The position numbers and the translations under genes were made by a program. From Macrostomum lignano (lineage: Eukaryota), in the NCBI GenBank assembly GCA_002269645.1, contig NIVC01000110.1:186001-250000 (forward strand): a DNA stretch of 64,000 nt, in the 5' to 3' direction. Below are positions 44,701 through 57,432 of this stretch, piece by piece; the first letter of the stretch is position 1; the number at the start of each line of letters is the position of its first letter. The notes beneath the pieces were generated by a model. That model had not been told where the DNA came from. It did not search any database and saw nothing but the letters and a program-made list of their open reading frames with translations.

Positions 44701-46922
44701 CATCATCCCTCAGACCCTGAGGTTGCTTATTTATTTAAAGCTGAACTTCAGGTCAAGTAAAAGCGAAACTATGCAGAAGGTGCAATTTCGAGCGTTGAAT
44801 GTTGTCGTCAACATCCTGGACCATCTCTATGTTGATGGCGATGAAGATGATCGGAAAAATCTCTTCAACTACCTGACTGGCTCGTTTTGTACTTCAGGTA
44901 AACAGTCTGCTGCTGGGCCGAGGTTTCTGCCACCAATTGAATCCGTTTCTCGACCTGCGAAGAAGCCTTCAAATGAAGTTGATAAAGAGTTTGTGTCAGT
45001 CATGCATCTTGTGGAGACTCTGGACTGTGACGACTTGTTCGCGACTGACTGCATCAGCAATTTGGTAGATCAGCAGTGGAAAAAGCCTCCACCGTTGCCC
45101 TGGAGCAGCTCTCCGCACTGCTGCACCGGCAAGCGGCCTGAAGGTGCAACAATTCAGCAGAGATATGTAATACATGCCGTCTCTTTCCTGCTCTTCCTGC
45201 TCTACTTTGCCTGGTACGTGACGGACTTCAGTCGGACCAAGCAGTCTCCAGTTCCAGACATCATCCTGCTGTCGTACGCACTGTCCTTCACTCTGCAGGA
45301 AATCAATGATTTTCTAAACAATATGTCTCTGAAGGACGTGACAATTTTTGGCCGCCATCTAAAGGTTCCAGGCTACTTCACGGACCTGTTCAACTACTTT
45401 GACATGGCTGGGCTGCTGCTGATGTGGGCAGGTCTGGTCCTGAAGCTGCGCGGCGAGCTCACCGGCCCCATCCTCCTACGCAGCAGTCAGGTTGTGCTCA
45501 GCGCCTCATTTCTGCTACTGGGATTCCGCTCTGTGGCCCTGCTCAGCTACTTCAAAGTCACCGGGCCGAAGATCAATATGCTCAAAAGCTTGCTGTTCAA
45601 AGACCTGCTGCCATTCATATTGATCTTGCTGGTGCTGGTGTACTCATTTGGTATCTTTTTCTTCAACCTGCTGTTTCCGGCTTTCTCAGACTCAAGAGAT
45701 GCTCAGGCTCTGACAAAGGTGTTCACCGTACCCGTGTCACTGGCGTTTGGGATCTTCGAAAGCGTGATTTTCGAGTCCTGCAATCCTGGCACGCTCGCAA
45801 CTGGGAAGAACTTCCTTCCAAATGAGAAGCCCTGTGCGGATGAAGAAGGAAAAAGGGCTTACGATGGAATTCTGATGTTCGTGTACCTCCTTCTGGTGAA
45901 CATCGTGATGTGGAACCTGCTGATCGCGCTGTTCAGCCGCACTGTGACGAAGTTGGCGAGCAGAGCGGAGGTTCTGTGGCGCAAGAATCTGTTCGAGCTG
46001 CTGCGGGAGTTCGCGGAGGTCAGTCCAGTTCCGCCGCCGCTGTCGTTCCCGCACTACGCCTGGAAACTGCTGCGGAGGTGTCGGTGCGAGCGGCGCTCCG
46101 GCAGAGTGGGACCTGACGGTTCTGAGGTAAGGCCACAGCTTAGCCAATATTGTCAAGTCAGACTTTTCTCGTGTACAGAAGCAGAGTAAGTTACTTTTCT
46201 TTATTTCGGATAGGAAAAGCTCTTCGTATTTTCTTATACTTTGTGGAACTCAATTTATTAAAAAGATTGATTACGCTTGAAGCAGCTAGGTTTATCGTCG
46301 ATGAAATTAAAGTCTTACTTAAATCTTTATGTGATTTGGCATTATAGTTAGAATAAAAAATTCACGATATTCACAACGTACATCGTACTGCTTACATCAA
46401 AAGTGTACCTTTGGCTGACTGAGTGGCCCGTCTAGGTCTTCTTTGGCTATGATAAAGCGTATGTTTCGGTGACTGAATGCATTTACGAAATTTTGGTTAA
46501 AACAAAAACCTAAGTGCACTAAACTTTTGACTCTCCAGCCGTGGTGGCAGAACAAAAAAGACTTCAGCGGCTACCCAGAAGGCTACAAGCGTTTCCTGAT
46601 TTACCAGGCCAAACGGCTGCGGGAGCACCGGCCCCGGCTGCAGCGGCCTGTGGAGAGGCACAAGGGCGACACCGATGTGCTCAAGGCGCACGTAGAGAAC
46701 CAGGCCCAGGACTTGCGGGATGATGTGCTCACTGCTCAGAGAGAAGATAATGCGAGAATTGAGGCACACTTGAAAGACTCAATTGACTCAATTGAAACTC
46801 AATTGAATGAAAAAACTGAAGAAATTCGGCAACGGCAGCGAAAGCACAGAAGGAAAACGAAGAAGCAATTGTCCGAGATAACGAACATGTTGAAGCAGAT
46901 GCAGCAGCAGATGCAGCGGTGA
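41783..46922 (+). CDS. TRP-family cation channel: N-terminal ankyrin-type tandem array plus TRPM-like TM domain and C-terminal coiled coil, about 1575 aa
   Basis: Exon 41783-46126 (donor GAG|GTAAGG) joins exon 46539-46922 (acceptor TCCAG|) in frame. Seven 219-bp (73-aa) units start at 41858+219n. Further ankyrin motifs (CLHFACECGK, TCVDFA) and six hydrophobic helices: 'YFTDLFNYFD', 'GPKINML', 'NIVMWNLLIALFS', TRP-box-like 'LWRKN', 'SPVPPPLS'. An in-frame stop lies 12 nt upstream of the ATG, but an upstream exon via the CAG at 41774-41776 is possible. Confidence 0.9.
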
Positions 46923-48529
46923 GGAAAATTGTCAAGGTTGTCCAATTTATACACAAGGACCACTAGGAACACTTCACAAGTCTAGTAGTCCTTGTTTATA
47001 CACTTGCGTCATTTAGGAATGGCACACGCTCAAAACTCTTGCGGAGCAAATAGCTTACGCGCATTCGAAGCAAAGGTTATTTTAGGGTTTTTACGAGAAA
47101 TTTGGGCCGTATTGCAGCGCAGATTTCATCACTCTGTTTCAGCTTTCAAATAGAATTAAATTGTAATTTTTTTGTCAATTTCCAGACTTTCGGACTCAGC
47201 ATGCAAATGAGCAGCTCGTGTTTTCTGATGGTCGTCATTATCTCCACAGCAATTTCTAATTAATCACACGAACATCGATCGCTTTATGAGCAAATCTGCC
47301 ATCTTCTGCCAAATTTTCGTGAGAGCCCTCAGAACCTCAGCCGTTTTTACAATAGGCTGCATTGACTATTTTAGAAATGGCTATAATACTCTGCTGGTGA
47401 TAGAAAGTTACAGAAAGTATAACTGCTACCAATCAGAAAGCTATTCAAAATTTATAGACACTTTCCGTTATTTCACGAACAAATTTTGTAAAAACAAAAC
47501 ATCTACATCGGGACTTTATTCGGTGATGTAGAGTATTATCCCTGAAAATGTTTTTTATCCATAATTTATGTGAGACGAAACATGCCTTTTTAGGATTTTT
47601 TATCAAGAACTGTTTTCCTTTTTAATTCATAACCTTGCTATTTGATTTTTATTTTTACTGGAACGAAATTGGTAAAAGCCTCTGAATCTTGGAGAATCGA
47701 ATTTCACGTTGCAGTTGACAATGCTTTGGTCTAAATGTAGGCACTGCTGTTGCCGCTCGATGTCGGCTGTGAAAGTCGTGCACAGACACGCGGTCGTAGC
47801 CGGTCTCGAAGTGCAACCGCTCTGAAGCTTGCAATAGCTCGTAATGGCGTAGTCATCAAGGGTCTCTGATCGTGGCGCAGCAATCCAGGTTTATTTATAA
47901 TTACAGGGTATCATTTTCAATGTCATAAAGTGCTCAGAATTCCGGGCATATGCACCGTGTCGATTCGTAGCCCTCTAGAGCACCCAGTCACACTCGCTCG
48001 CCTTAGGTTATTGTTCTGATGATAATTGTCCTTCTGTTGCGTATGTCACTGTTTTAACTGGCAAGGTTATGAGTTCGAGCGGAACATTTCCTTATTTTCT
48101 TACCATGGCATCATTAGTGCTCCACCAGCTGCTATGTTTGAAATCTGTATTGAACCAATACTGTGACAAATATTCTATCAAGTGAAACAGAAAATCCTAT
48201 ATCAAGTGATTACATGAAACTCTTCTGGACTCGCTAATTACGTCCTGAGCTCTTTTAAGTCCTGACCTATATGAGTGATCCTTTTCTGGAAACTCAATGA
48301 CCTGCAGCGAAAGCTTTGATTTTGGGTCAGTGTTGGATACTTACTGTTAAGCAAAGCTGGAATTGCTTTTTTAAAATCAGAGAGCACAGTGTACTTCCTT
48401 GTTCTGCTACCATGCTTCTTTTTGTTTAGTTTTTGTTCCTTTATTATTGCTCGTGCATATCAGTGACACTAATATTATGTGAGATTTTTTTAACGCCCTG
48501 TTTCTTACATGTTTTCGGAAATGTTCCGT

Positions 48530-50230
48530 TGCTAACACGTTATTGTGAATGTTCCGTTGCTAACATGTTTCTTTGAATGTTCCGTTGCTAACACATTTTT
48601 GTGAATGTTCTGTTGCTAACACGTTTTTGTGAATGTTCTGTTGCTAACACATTTTTGTGAATGTTCCGTTGCTAACATGTTTCTGTGAATGTTCTGTTGC
48701 TAACATGTTTTTGTAAATGTTCTGCTGCTTGCATGTTTTTGTGAATGTTCTGTTGCTTACATGTTTTTGTGAATGCCCTGTTGCTTACATGTTTTTGTGA
48801 ATGCCCCATTGCTTACATGTTTTTGTGAATGTTCCATTGCTAACACATTTTTGTGAATGTTCTGTTGCTAACACGTTTTTGTGAATGTTCTGTTGCTAAC
48901 ACATTTTTGTGAATGTTCCGTTGCTAACATGTTTCTGTGAATGTTCTGTTGCTAACATGTTTTTGTAAATGTTCTGCTGCTTGCATGTTTTTGTGAATGT
49001 TCTGTTGCTTACATGTTTTTGTGAATGCCCTGTTGCTTACATTTTTTTGTGAATGCCCCGTTGCTTACATGTTTTTGTAAATGTTCTGTTGCTTGCATGT
49101 TTTTGTGAATGCCCCGTTGCTTACATGTTTTTGTAAATGTTCTGTTGCTTGCATGTTTTTGTGAATGTTCTGTTGCTTACATGTTTTTGTGAATGCCCTG
49201 TTGCTTACATTTTTTTGTGAATGCCCCGTTGCTTACATGTTTTTGTAAATGTTCTGTTGCTTGCATGTTTTTGTGAATGTTCCGTTGCTTACATGTTTTT
49301 GTGAATGTTCTGTTGCTAGCATGTTTTTGTGAATGTTCTGTTGCTTACATGTTTTTGTGAATGATCTGTTGCCAACATGTTTTTGTGAATGTTCTGTTGC
49401 TCAAATGTTTATGTGAATGTTCCGTTGCTTGCATGTTTTTGTGAATGTTCTGTTGCTTGCATGTTTTTGTGAATGCCCTGTTGCTTAAATGTTTTTGTGA
49501 ATGTCCTGTTGCTTGCATGTTTTTGTGAATGTTCTGTTGCTTGCATTTTTTTGTGAATGTTCTGTTGCTTGCATGTTTTTTTGTGAATGCCCTGTTGCTT
49601 AAATGTTTTTGTGAATGTCCTGTTGCTTAAATGTTTTTGTGAATGTCCTGTTGCTAACATGGTTTTGTGAATGTTCCGTTGCTTACATGTTTTTGTGAAT
49701 GTTCCGTTGCTAACATGTTTCTGTGAATGTTCTGTTGCTAACATGTTTTTGTAAATGTTCTGCTGCTTGCATGTTTTTGTGAATGTTCTGTTGCTTACAT
49801 GTTTTTGTGAATGCCCTGTTGCTTACATGTTTCTGTGAATGCCCCGTTGCCTACATGTTTTTGTGAATGTTCCGTTGCTAACATGTTTCTGTGAATGCTC
49901 TGTTGCTAACATGTTTTTGTAAATGTTCTGTTGCTTGCATGTTTTTGTGAATGTTCTGTTGCTTACATGTTTTTGTGAATGCCCTGTTGCTTACATTTTT
50001 TTGTGAATGTTCTGTTGCTTGCATGTTTTTGTGAATGTTCTGTTGCTAACATGTTTTTGTGAATGTTCTGTTGCTTGCATGTTTTTGTAAATGTTCTGTT
50101 GCTTGCATGTTTTTGTGAATGTTCTGTTGCTTGCATGTTTTTGTGAATGCCCTGTTGCTTAAATGTTTTTGTGAATGTCCTGTTGCTAACATGTTTCTGT
50201 GAATGTTCCGTTGCTTACATGTTTTTGTAA
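48530..50230. repeat. 28-bp minisatellite, about 1.7 kb
   Basis: Unit GTGAATGTTCTGTTGCT(AA/TA/TG)CATGTTTTT, about 60 copies. Confidence 0.95.
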
Positions 50231-50866
50231 ATGTCCCACTCTACTCACATGCTTTTTGGTAAAGGCCCCGCTACATACATGGTTTTTTATATATGTCCTA
50301 TTTCTTACATTTATTGTTTTTTGAAAGCTCCGTATGTAGCTTGTATGTTTTTATCTTGCGATACACCATTAATTTTGATGTTATTTTTTTCTTGTCATAG
50401 ACAGTTAACTTAGTTTTTCTTTTGGAGAGCGCAGCAACAAAACTATGTAAAGCCAATAGCATGCAGGGCATGTTTGTTATTATTTTTCTATTTTTTTAGT
50501 CATTGATAGTTTTTTCAAAGCATCTAAATCATTTAAAACATTTCAAAGAGATTTCCATTTACAAAATGAACTTTCAATTATCGCTATATTTAAAAACAAC
50601 TATTTATCAAAAAATTGCCTAATCATACTATCGTGCTACTCAAGTACTCGAATGTCTAAAACATTTCTTTGCTTTCGATTTAAGCTTTTATTTAAAAAAT
50701 AATAAAAAGTTTTTAAGACTTGACTGGATCAAGCAGTAATTACTTAGAAGTTAAGAAACTTTTTAGTTCCGTGTTTTATTTTGTTATTTTACACTACTGG
50801 TGGTGTTTGAAGTGTTTAAATAGTTTTTTTAATCGAAACCAATTACATGAGAAAAACCACTCGCTG

Positions 50867-51241
50867 TTATTTTGTGACGAAACATATCTTTTTTCTCTGA
50901 ATTAAGTCGAGTTCTTTCACTATTCTATCATTTTCTGTAACTCTGAACGGTCTGCTCTGGACCCGATATGTACGAACGTCAGGTCTCGCTTCCTTTTGAA
51001 CCATTAACCTCAGCTGATGTTGATCAGCTTGTGCTGTGACGGAGTAACCGAGATTTGAACCAGCGGCTCCAGGGTGCTTGAAGGTGCTCACAAAAGGTAA
51101 TGACGCGAGAGGGGGGTTACCCAATCTGCTGTGAACAAAGGGCACCTGTTGTCTGGTCATAAGGGACTCTGTACGAGGTTCCCCCCTGACTACTAGGGCG
51201 TCTCGACCAATAGAATCCTTATTTCCCAACGGTAGGGCTCT
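50867..51241 (-). CDS. Unassigned open frame, possible terminal exon
   Basis: About 125 stop-free codons of mixed composition following a TTCCTGTCAG acceptor-like site. No family recognised and no partner exon established. Confidence 0.3.
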   Translation of the reverse strand, partial: RALPLGNKDSIGRDALVVRGEPRTESLMTRQQVPFVHSRLGNPPLASLPFVSTFKHPGAAGSNLGYSVTAQADQHQLRLMVQKEARPDVRTYRVQSRPFRVTENDRIVKELDLIQRKKICFVTK

Positions 51242-51414
51242 GACAGGAAATTCCAAAAAATATCAACGGATCTTTCCCCAGAAACTCCACCATGCCTTCT
51301 TAACCTACCAAATAACTATCTGGAGCTAAAGCAACTAAAACCCCATCTAAAACTAAATCCGCTCCTCCTCAACTATAGACACTAGCTCTGGACACTTATC
51401 TTATAGACACTCAC

Positions 51415-51585
51415 TCTTGAGTCATGGATACTCACTCTTGAGTCATGGATACTCACACTCGAGTTATGGATACTCACACCTGAGTCATGGATACTCAAAC
51501 CTGAGTCATGGATACTCACACTTGAGTCATGTATACTCACACCTGAGTCATGGATACTCACATCTGAATCATGGATACTCATCCC
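51415..51585. repeat. 21-bp minisatellite
   Basis: Unit GAGTCATGGATACTCACACCT, about 8 copies. Confidence 0.9.
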
Positions 51586-52556
51586 TAAGTGACATAGGTA
51601 CTCATTCCAAAGTCATGGACAATCACCCAAAGGACTTCCAAACCCCTGACCCGTTGACGGCCTGCCAAGCAGTGACGTGCGCCAGACCGCACCCTTTTCC
51701 TACTAATCCTGAGGCTATGGATAATCATCTCACTGAACCTAGAGATAGATAGACAGATAGAGAAACGCAAAAACTAGAGGGATTTTGCGAACACGTGCTT
51801 CGCGAAACAGGCGTGAAGGCAGGCAGCTGCGGTCTGAGGGCTGAGACCCACCGACTGCAAGTCGGCCACAGAACAGCGTCACTGGTCTCCTAGAACGCCA
51901 GCAGGAGGTCATTAACTGGAGGTCATTAACGTGAAGTGAAATTGTGAACAATGGCCTTAACTCGCGCACGTCCATCCTATTTTCTTTCGCCCTGGAGGTG
52001 GATTTAACACTAAATAAAGAGAATCGCTCGAAATTCAAAATAAGTTGAACTCTTCGGTCAAGTACTTTCTAGTGGAGATAAATTATAAGTTGCAAAAAGC
52101 GACAAATTTTAAAAGCCAAGTGCTCGCATTAACACTTGAGATTGCTCAAAAATAATAATATCACGCCCCGCGCCGACCACACAAGTGGCCAAATGGGGGG
52201 CGTCAAATAAGAAGTAGAATGAAAAGTTAACATAGAATCCTAATTTTCTGAACGAAAAGCTTTGTGAATATCAATAATCAATAAAGCAATAAGAAAGGCA
52301 CAACCTATCAAAAGATGAACACTGGATCTGCCTCCAATCGAAAGCAATAGCAGTTTTTGTGCTGAAACAAAGTAAAAACTTCTTATCTCCGTAATGTATT
52401 TTCAGCGAAAAGTGGCCTTCAAAACATTTGCAATAGGTTTCGAGTGTCGCATCCTGTATATACGTTCCTTTAGTTGTCCTTGTTTCAGATTAAATATTTT
52501 TCACAATTCTTTCAGCCATTTCACGGCGCTTAGGAGTTCATTGTTAGTCCTTCTGG

Positions 52557-54217
52557 TCACTTATTTGTACACCAGGAGGCCAGTCCGTTGAATTGCTCAA
52601 GACTCAAATTTTCTTTGACAATTGCAAAACATTCGATCCAGCCTTTCATGTAGAAATTCCTGTCGGTAGGGCTGATCCCACCGAGTCTGAGGTTCTGGAG
52701 GTCCTCCACGGAACTGTAGGTCCGGTACTTAGGATCTTTTAAATCAACGCGCACCAGCTTGTTGTCAGCGTAGAAGAAGCAATCCAACGACTGCTGCAGG
52801 GAGAAGCCGAATGCGCGAAACAATCCGGAAGAGTTCGATGGGTAACTGCCGGGATCCGTGACGTACCGGTAATTTTGTAAATTGATTTATTCCGCTTTGC
52901 TTCGCGTATGCTTGCGTCAGTTGGCTGTCATTTCTGAGAAACAGTTTAACATAAAATTTGGGCTTCTGTCTACTATAGAGCCGGTATATTGCGTTGAACT
53001 TGTCCCTGAAAGGTCCAAGTTGTACATGCATCTTATCTAAAGGTAAAGTTTACTTAATCTAAAAAGACTTACAGTCCATTGAAATCAAGTCTGGCCCTCA
53101 TAAATACGGTCACGTTGGGCTCGGGCGCAAACAGGTCCTCGATTCCGTCGGCCATTTTTACGTCGATGAAGGAGCCAGCCTCTCCCGTCACGAACGCGCC
53201 CGCAGACCGGTTGAGCACAGCCGACACGAGCACCGGAGTGTGCGGATTCCGGTGCACAGGCGCCAGGTTGAACGAGCCCGCACGGAAGTGGTACAGAATC
53301 CGCAGCGAGCTCACCGCGATGCTGCTGGGCAGGTCGATCGTGTGAGCTGCAATTCGATAACGATATAACGATATGAGCACATCGGTGCATGCATGGACTC
53401 GCCAATTAATGAACTGCATGGGCACAGCTGCAGTCACGCACTGCATGGGCACAGCTGCAGTCACACTGCATGGGCACAGCTGCAGTCACGCACTGCATGG
53501 GCACAGCTGTAGTCACGCACTGCATGGGCACAGCTGCAGTCACACTGCATGGGCACAGCTGCAGTCACGCACTGCATGGGCACAGCTGCAGTCACACTGC
53601 ATGGGCACAGCTGCAGTCACGCACTGCATGGGCACAGCTGCAGTCACGCACTGCATGGGCACATCTGCAGTCACACACTGCATGAGCACAGCTGCAGTCA
53701 CACACTGCATGGGAGCTGCAGTCACGCACTGCATGGGCACAGCTGCAGTCACGCACTGCATGGGAGCTGCAGTCACGCACTGCATGGGCACAGCTGCAGT
53801 CACGCACTGCATGGGCACAGCTGCAGTCACGCACTGCATGGGCACAGCTGCATTCACTCGTGACTCCTCACCCTGCTGGAACTTTGCCAGCCTCCGCCTG
53901 TTCACAAACGAGTCGCACTGGCCGTGTCCGTGCAGCCATGCAGTGAGGAAGGCCTCGGCAGTCGCCAGCAGACACCAGCGATGCTCAGCGACCATGCTGG
54001 CAGCTGCACAGCTCTCTGTCGTGTGGCAGCTCAGCACGCAGCCAGCGATGCTGCGTTCAGGCAGTTGATGAAGCTCCAGCTTCCGCACTCCATCAGCAGG
54101 CAGATCGTCAGGTGGACATGCGGGCAGTTTGTCGTAGTCGGTGAGCCCCACGAGGGTCGCCGAGGCGATGGCACTGAGGCAAAATAACTGGCCAAGTGTG
54201 CTCAACAAAACCAGCAT
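52557..54217 (-). CDS. Secreted PAN/Apple + LamG/ConA-like domain protein, about 331 aa
   Basis: Exons 54217-53872, 53346-53073, 53005-52867, 52793-52557. Signal peptide (MLVLLSTLGQLFCLSAIASA); PAN-like 'GCVLSCHTTESCAAA......C.L'; LamG-like tail 'LRLGG....FYMKGWIECFAI...LSLEQF..L..WC'. The last 73-nt intron could instead be a frameshift. Confidence 0.7.
53415..53855. repeat. 27-bp minisatellite (intron 1 of the PAN-LamG gene)
   Basis: Unit CTGCATGGGCACAGCTGCAGTCACGCA, about 17 copies. Confidence 0.93.
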
Positions 54218-55435
54218 GTTGGCAAGAGCTAAAAATATCAAGTTGCCATGAAACCGTTTCTTCGGGCTGCTTTTTACGAGCTAAATATCGGAAAAACATC
54301 TTTAGGCAAAAAAATCAGAAGAAGCAGCTCCTTGTGACATGTGCCAGTAGCTTCCGAGATGCGGCCATTATTTGCTTTGCAGGTGAGGATCTCACAACGT
54401 GGGAAAATGCAAACTCCAGAATCGATTGCTCTGAAAGATAAGGGTTAATATTGACATCTTAGACGAGGCTAAAATGGTCGTGTCAGTTGACAAGGTGTAG
54501 AAAACTGGAAGACAAAAATTGAGAAAACACACGGTCTCTCAAGTGCTGCAAATGATTTTTAAGTCTGTAAGACCGTGCCAGAGGAGTGGCTGCTTTTAAC
54601 GCAAACCCACCAGCGCAAACCCTAAATCTATCCATTTACTTGAAGTAGGATGCTAAACGTGAAAGTCCAAAAAGTTTGATTTTCCTTCAAATTTTGTAGT
54701 GTCAATAACTGGTTGACTTAGCAAGCACGGATCCTCCCTGGATCTGGCAGGCCCGCAACATCAGCAAGCAATTCGAGAGTTTGAGGAAGCAAAGGCTTAT
54801 TTATTTTATTCGCGTTGTTGACGTTGAGGTCACGACCTGAGACCTCCAGGAGTCTCAACGTGCCGTGCGGCTGCATTAGAACGTTTTTTGTGTGACGCCG
54901 TCTGCTTGTTCCTAAATGACGTTTATTGTCTTTGATCAGCCTATTTAAAAATCAAAATATTTTACAAAATATTGCACAAATGCAATAAAATTTTCATTGA
55001 TTTTGTTTGTATCGCAACTTTACCAATTTCTATTCTATTGGTATCAAGTAAAATCAAACCCCACGTTAAGAGACAAGCCGATGCAGGAGCTCGAAGACGT
55101 CTTGAATTTGCACACCAGATATTCATTCAATATCCAATATACTGAAACTAAACTCCTGTCTGTCTAGCTAGGCGATTGGCAAGACATGGGGGCGAGAGGC
55201 TGGAAAAAAATAGAAAGGCGCCAGTCGATGCAGGGGCGCTAGAAAGGCGCTGAAACTTCGACGAGAAAATCTCACACAAGTGCATTAGTTATGAGATGCG
55301 GCTGACTCCTCCGAGACAGTAGGATTTATTTGTTAATTTTAGAATCGTTGAGTCTTTCCTTAACAAATTAAAGAAAGAGGTTCAGGATACGAGCCGTACA
55401 GCTTAAGCAATGCAGCATCAATCTCATTCCGATGC

Positions 55436-56223
55436 TTAGTCAAAAGGCGACACGCACTCGCACAGAACGGACGTCGAGCCCGTGGCCATAAAATGGGCGT
55501 CAGCCAGAAGTCCCGGCAAATTCTTGGCAATGACCGCTACATTGTATTCTCGTAAATTATTTGGCTGACCGATAGCCCACAGGCTGCTGTCAATCGGGCT
55601 GCCGCAGGTCGCCCACGTCCATCCGCCTGACGGCTCCGCACTGCCGGGCTGCTGGAGACCGCCGAGCCACACGGAGGTCTGAGGCGACAGCGACTCGTTG
55701 CGCACCCGGTCCAGGTGGCTCAGCTCGGCGAGGTCAGCAGCGTCGGCCATGACGACGAGACCGGGCTCGGACTCGCACCTCAGTCGGCTCTGCTCCCAGT
55801 TCCCGGAGCCGTTGTACGCCATGTACTTCACTCCGCACCGGCCGTGTCCGAAGCCGCTCGGACACAGCGAGCCGGACGCCAGACCCGACCGCTGCTTGAC
55901 GAACAGCCGGCCGCGCTGCGAGCAGCCGCAGTCCGAGCGCATCGACCGGCTGCAGGCGTCGAACACGAACAGCCGGCAGTCAGCGGAACCGCCGTCGGGA
56001 GCTCCGAACGCCTGGCAGCGCGGGTTGCGGCTGCAGAGCATCGCGCAGCCCGAGCGCCTTCGACTTCCGGGCGCGTCTGGACGAACTCGCTGGCAACGCA
56101 CAGGAGGGCATCGATGGCCGAGTACCCCGTGCCGCTGCTGATGCTGGTGGCGCAGGCAAAGAGCAGCACAGGCGATGAGGCAGCGAGTATTTGAATTATG
56201 AGCATTAGATTTTCTGCAGTCAT
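55436..56223 (-). pseudogene. PAN/Apple + C-type lectin gene, copy 1, 1-bp frameshift
   Basis: Near-identical to the 57433-58215 gene but lacks one base (plus strand CGCAGCCC-GAGCG versus CGCAGCCCAGAGCG, between 56051 and 56052). May be a sequencing error. Confidence 0.75.
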
Positions 56224-57432
56224 CTTTAAGGTTTTTAACTGTATGCTGCTTGAGTAGGAGATACGACTACTCCAGTCTGGCTTGTCTCTATTTGATTCAC
56301 TTCAATATATAAATGTTTTTCAAAGCGACGAAGCTGTATGAGTGACACGGAGCGATTTCTTAGTAAAAACTAGCTTCATTTGTCAAATCTGCACTCCCAT
56401 TAAGGGCTCTGCTTTGAGTGTCTCAGTCACTCAACTACTTTTTTCCGTAGCCTTCTTCCCAGGTGTTCATGGTGTCAATAATATTCTCTCTCAAAAAATC
56501 GATTTTTTGAATAAATACCCAAGGTAGCCACTCAACGCTTTCGCGTCGGGGACTTTGGAAGCGCCCACATGTTATATGTGTGTCTATGAATTCTAGGAAA
56601 CGCTTCAACCGTGCATCCCTACTCATAAGTAGCTGATAAAGACTTTAGACTCAGAAAACGTGGTCCTGACTACGAATCTCGTTTGTATATCAATGTTTGG
56701 CATTGAAAGAGGCAATTAACACAGAGTTGCAGAGCCGCCTCTGACAAGCTTTGTGACAAGCTCCTCTCGATGAGCTCTGCCTGATTCTGATATTGGAACG
56801 ATGCAGCAAGCAAGCTTCTGAAGCAATTATTAAAATTTGACGAAAAAAAGTCCCATCTGAAAATGGCCAGATGTGGCCAGAAAGATATGTGTAATAGCTA
56901 AAATGCGATTTCACAGAAAATCGTGGACAATGTTTTCATTCCAATTAGCAACAGCTATTCCCATGGCTATTGAACTGCTCCACACGTGTGTAGGAATTGC
57001 TTTTGGGACACAAACGCTGACAATCGACACTTGACATGACAGGTGCAACTGTTCACAGAGCTAGCTTTTGTAATTTCTTTCAGCAGGTTTAGATGGGCGA
57101 AGCCACATCTGTCGCCCCTGATATCCGAAAAGTTAGAGTAGGAAAAGTATCAAGCATCAGATAAAAAAGTCATCCGTAAACAAGTGGCAATGAGAAATGG
57201 CTATTTGTTGGAAGTGAAATGTCCAACTTTATGAGGTTTTTCTGCGGGATTCATCTGAGCGCGTAAAAAACAACGATTTTTGACAAGGGTGTTCGTCATT
57301 AGATGCGGCTGACTACTATGAGACAGCAGAATTTATTTGTTCATTTCAGAAACTTCAGAGTCTGATCTTTCACAAATCCTACAAGGATCCTGAAGCTATA
57401 CCTAGATGACAGTTTAAATTTCATTCCGATGC

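Noticed and set aside
47700-48000. CUB-like snippet 'HFETGYDRVSVHD' on the minus strand
   Set aside because: It is flanked by stops, has no consistent frame or splice sites, and is too short to support a call.
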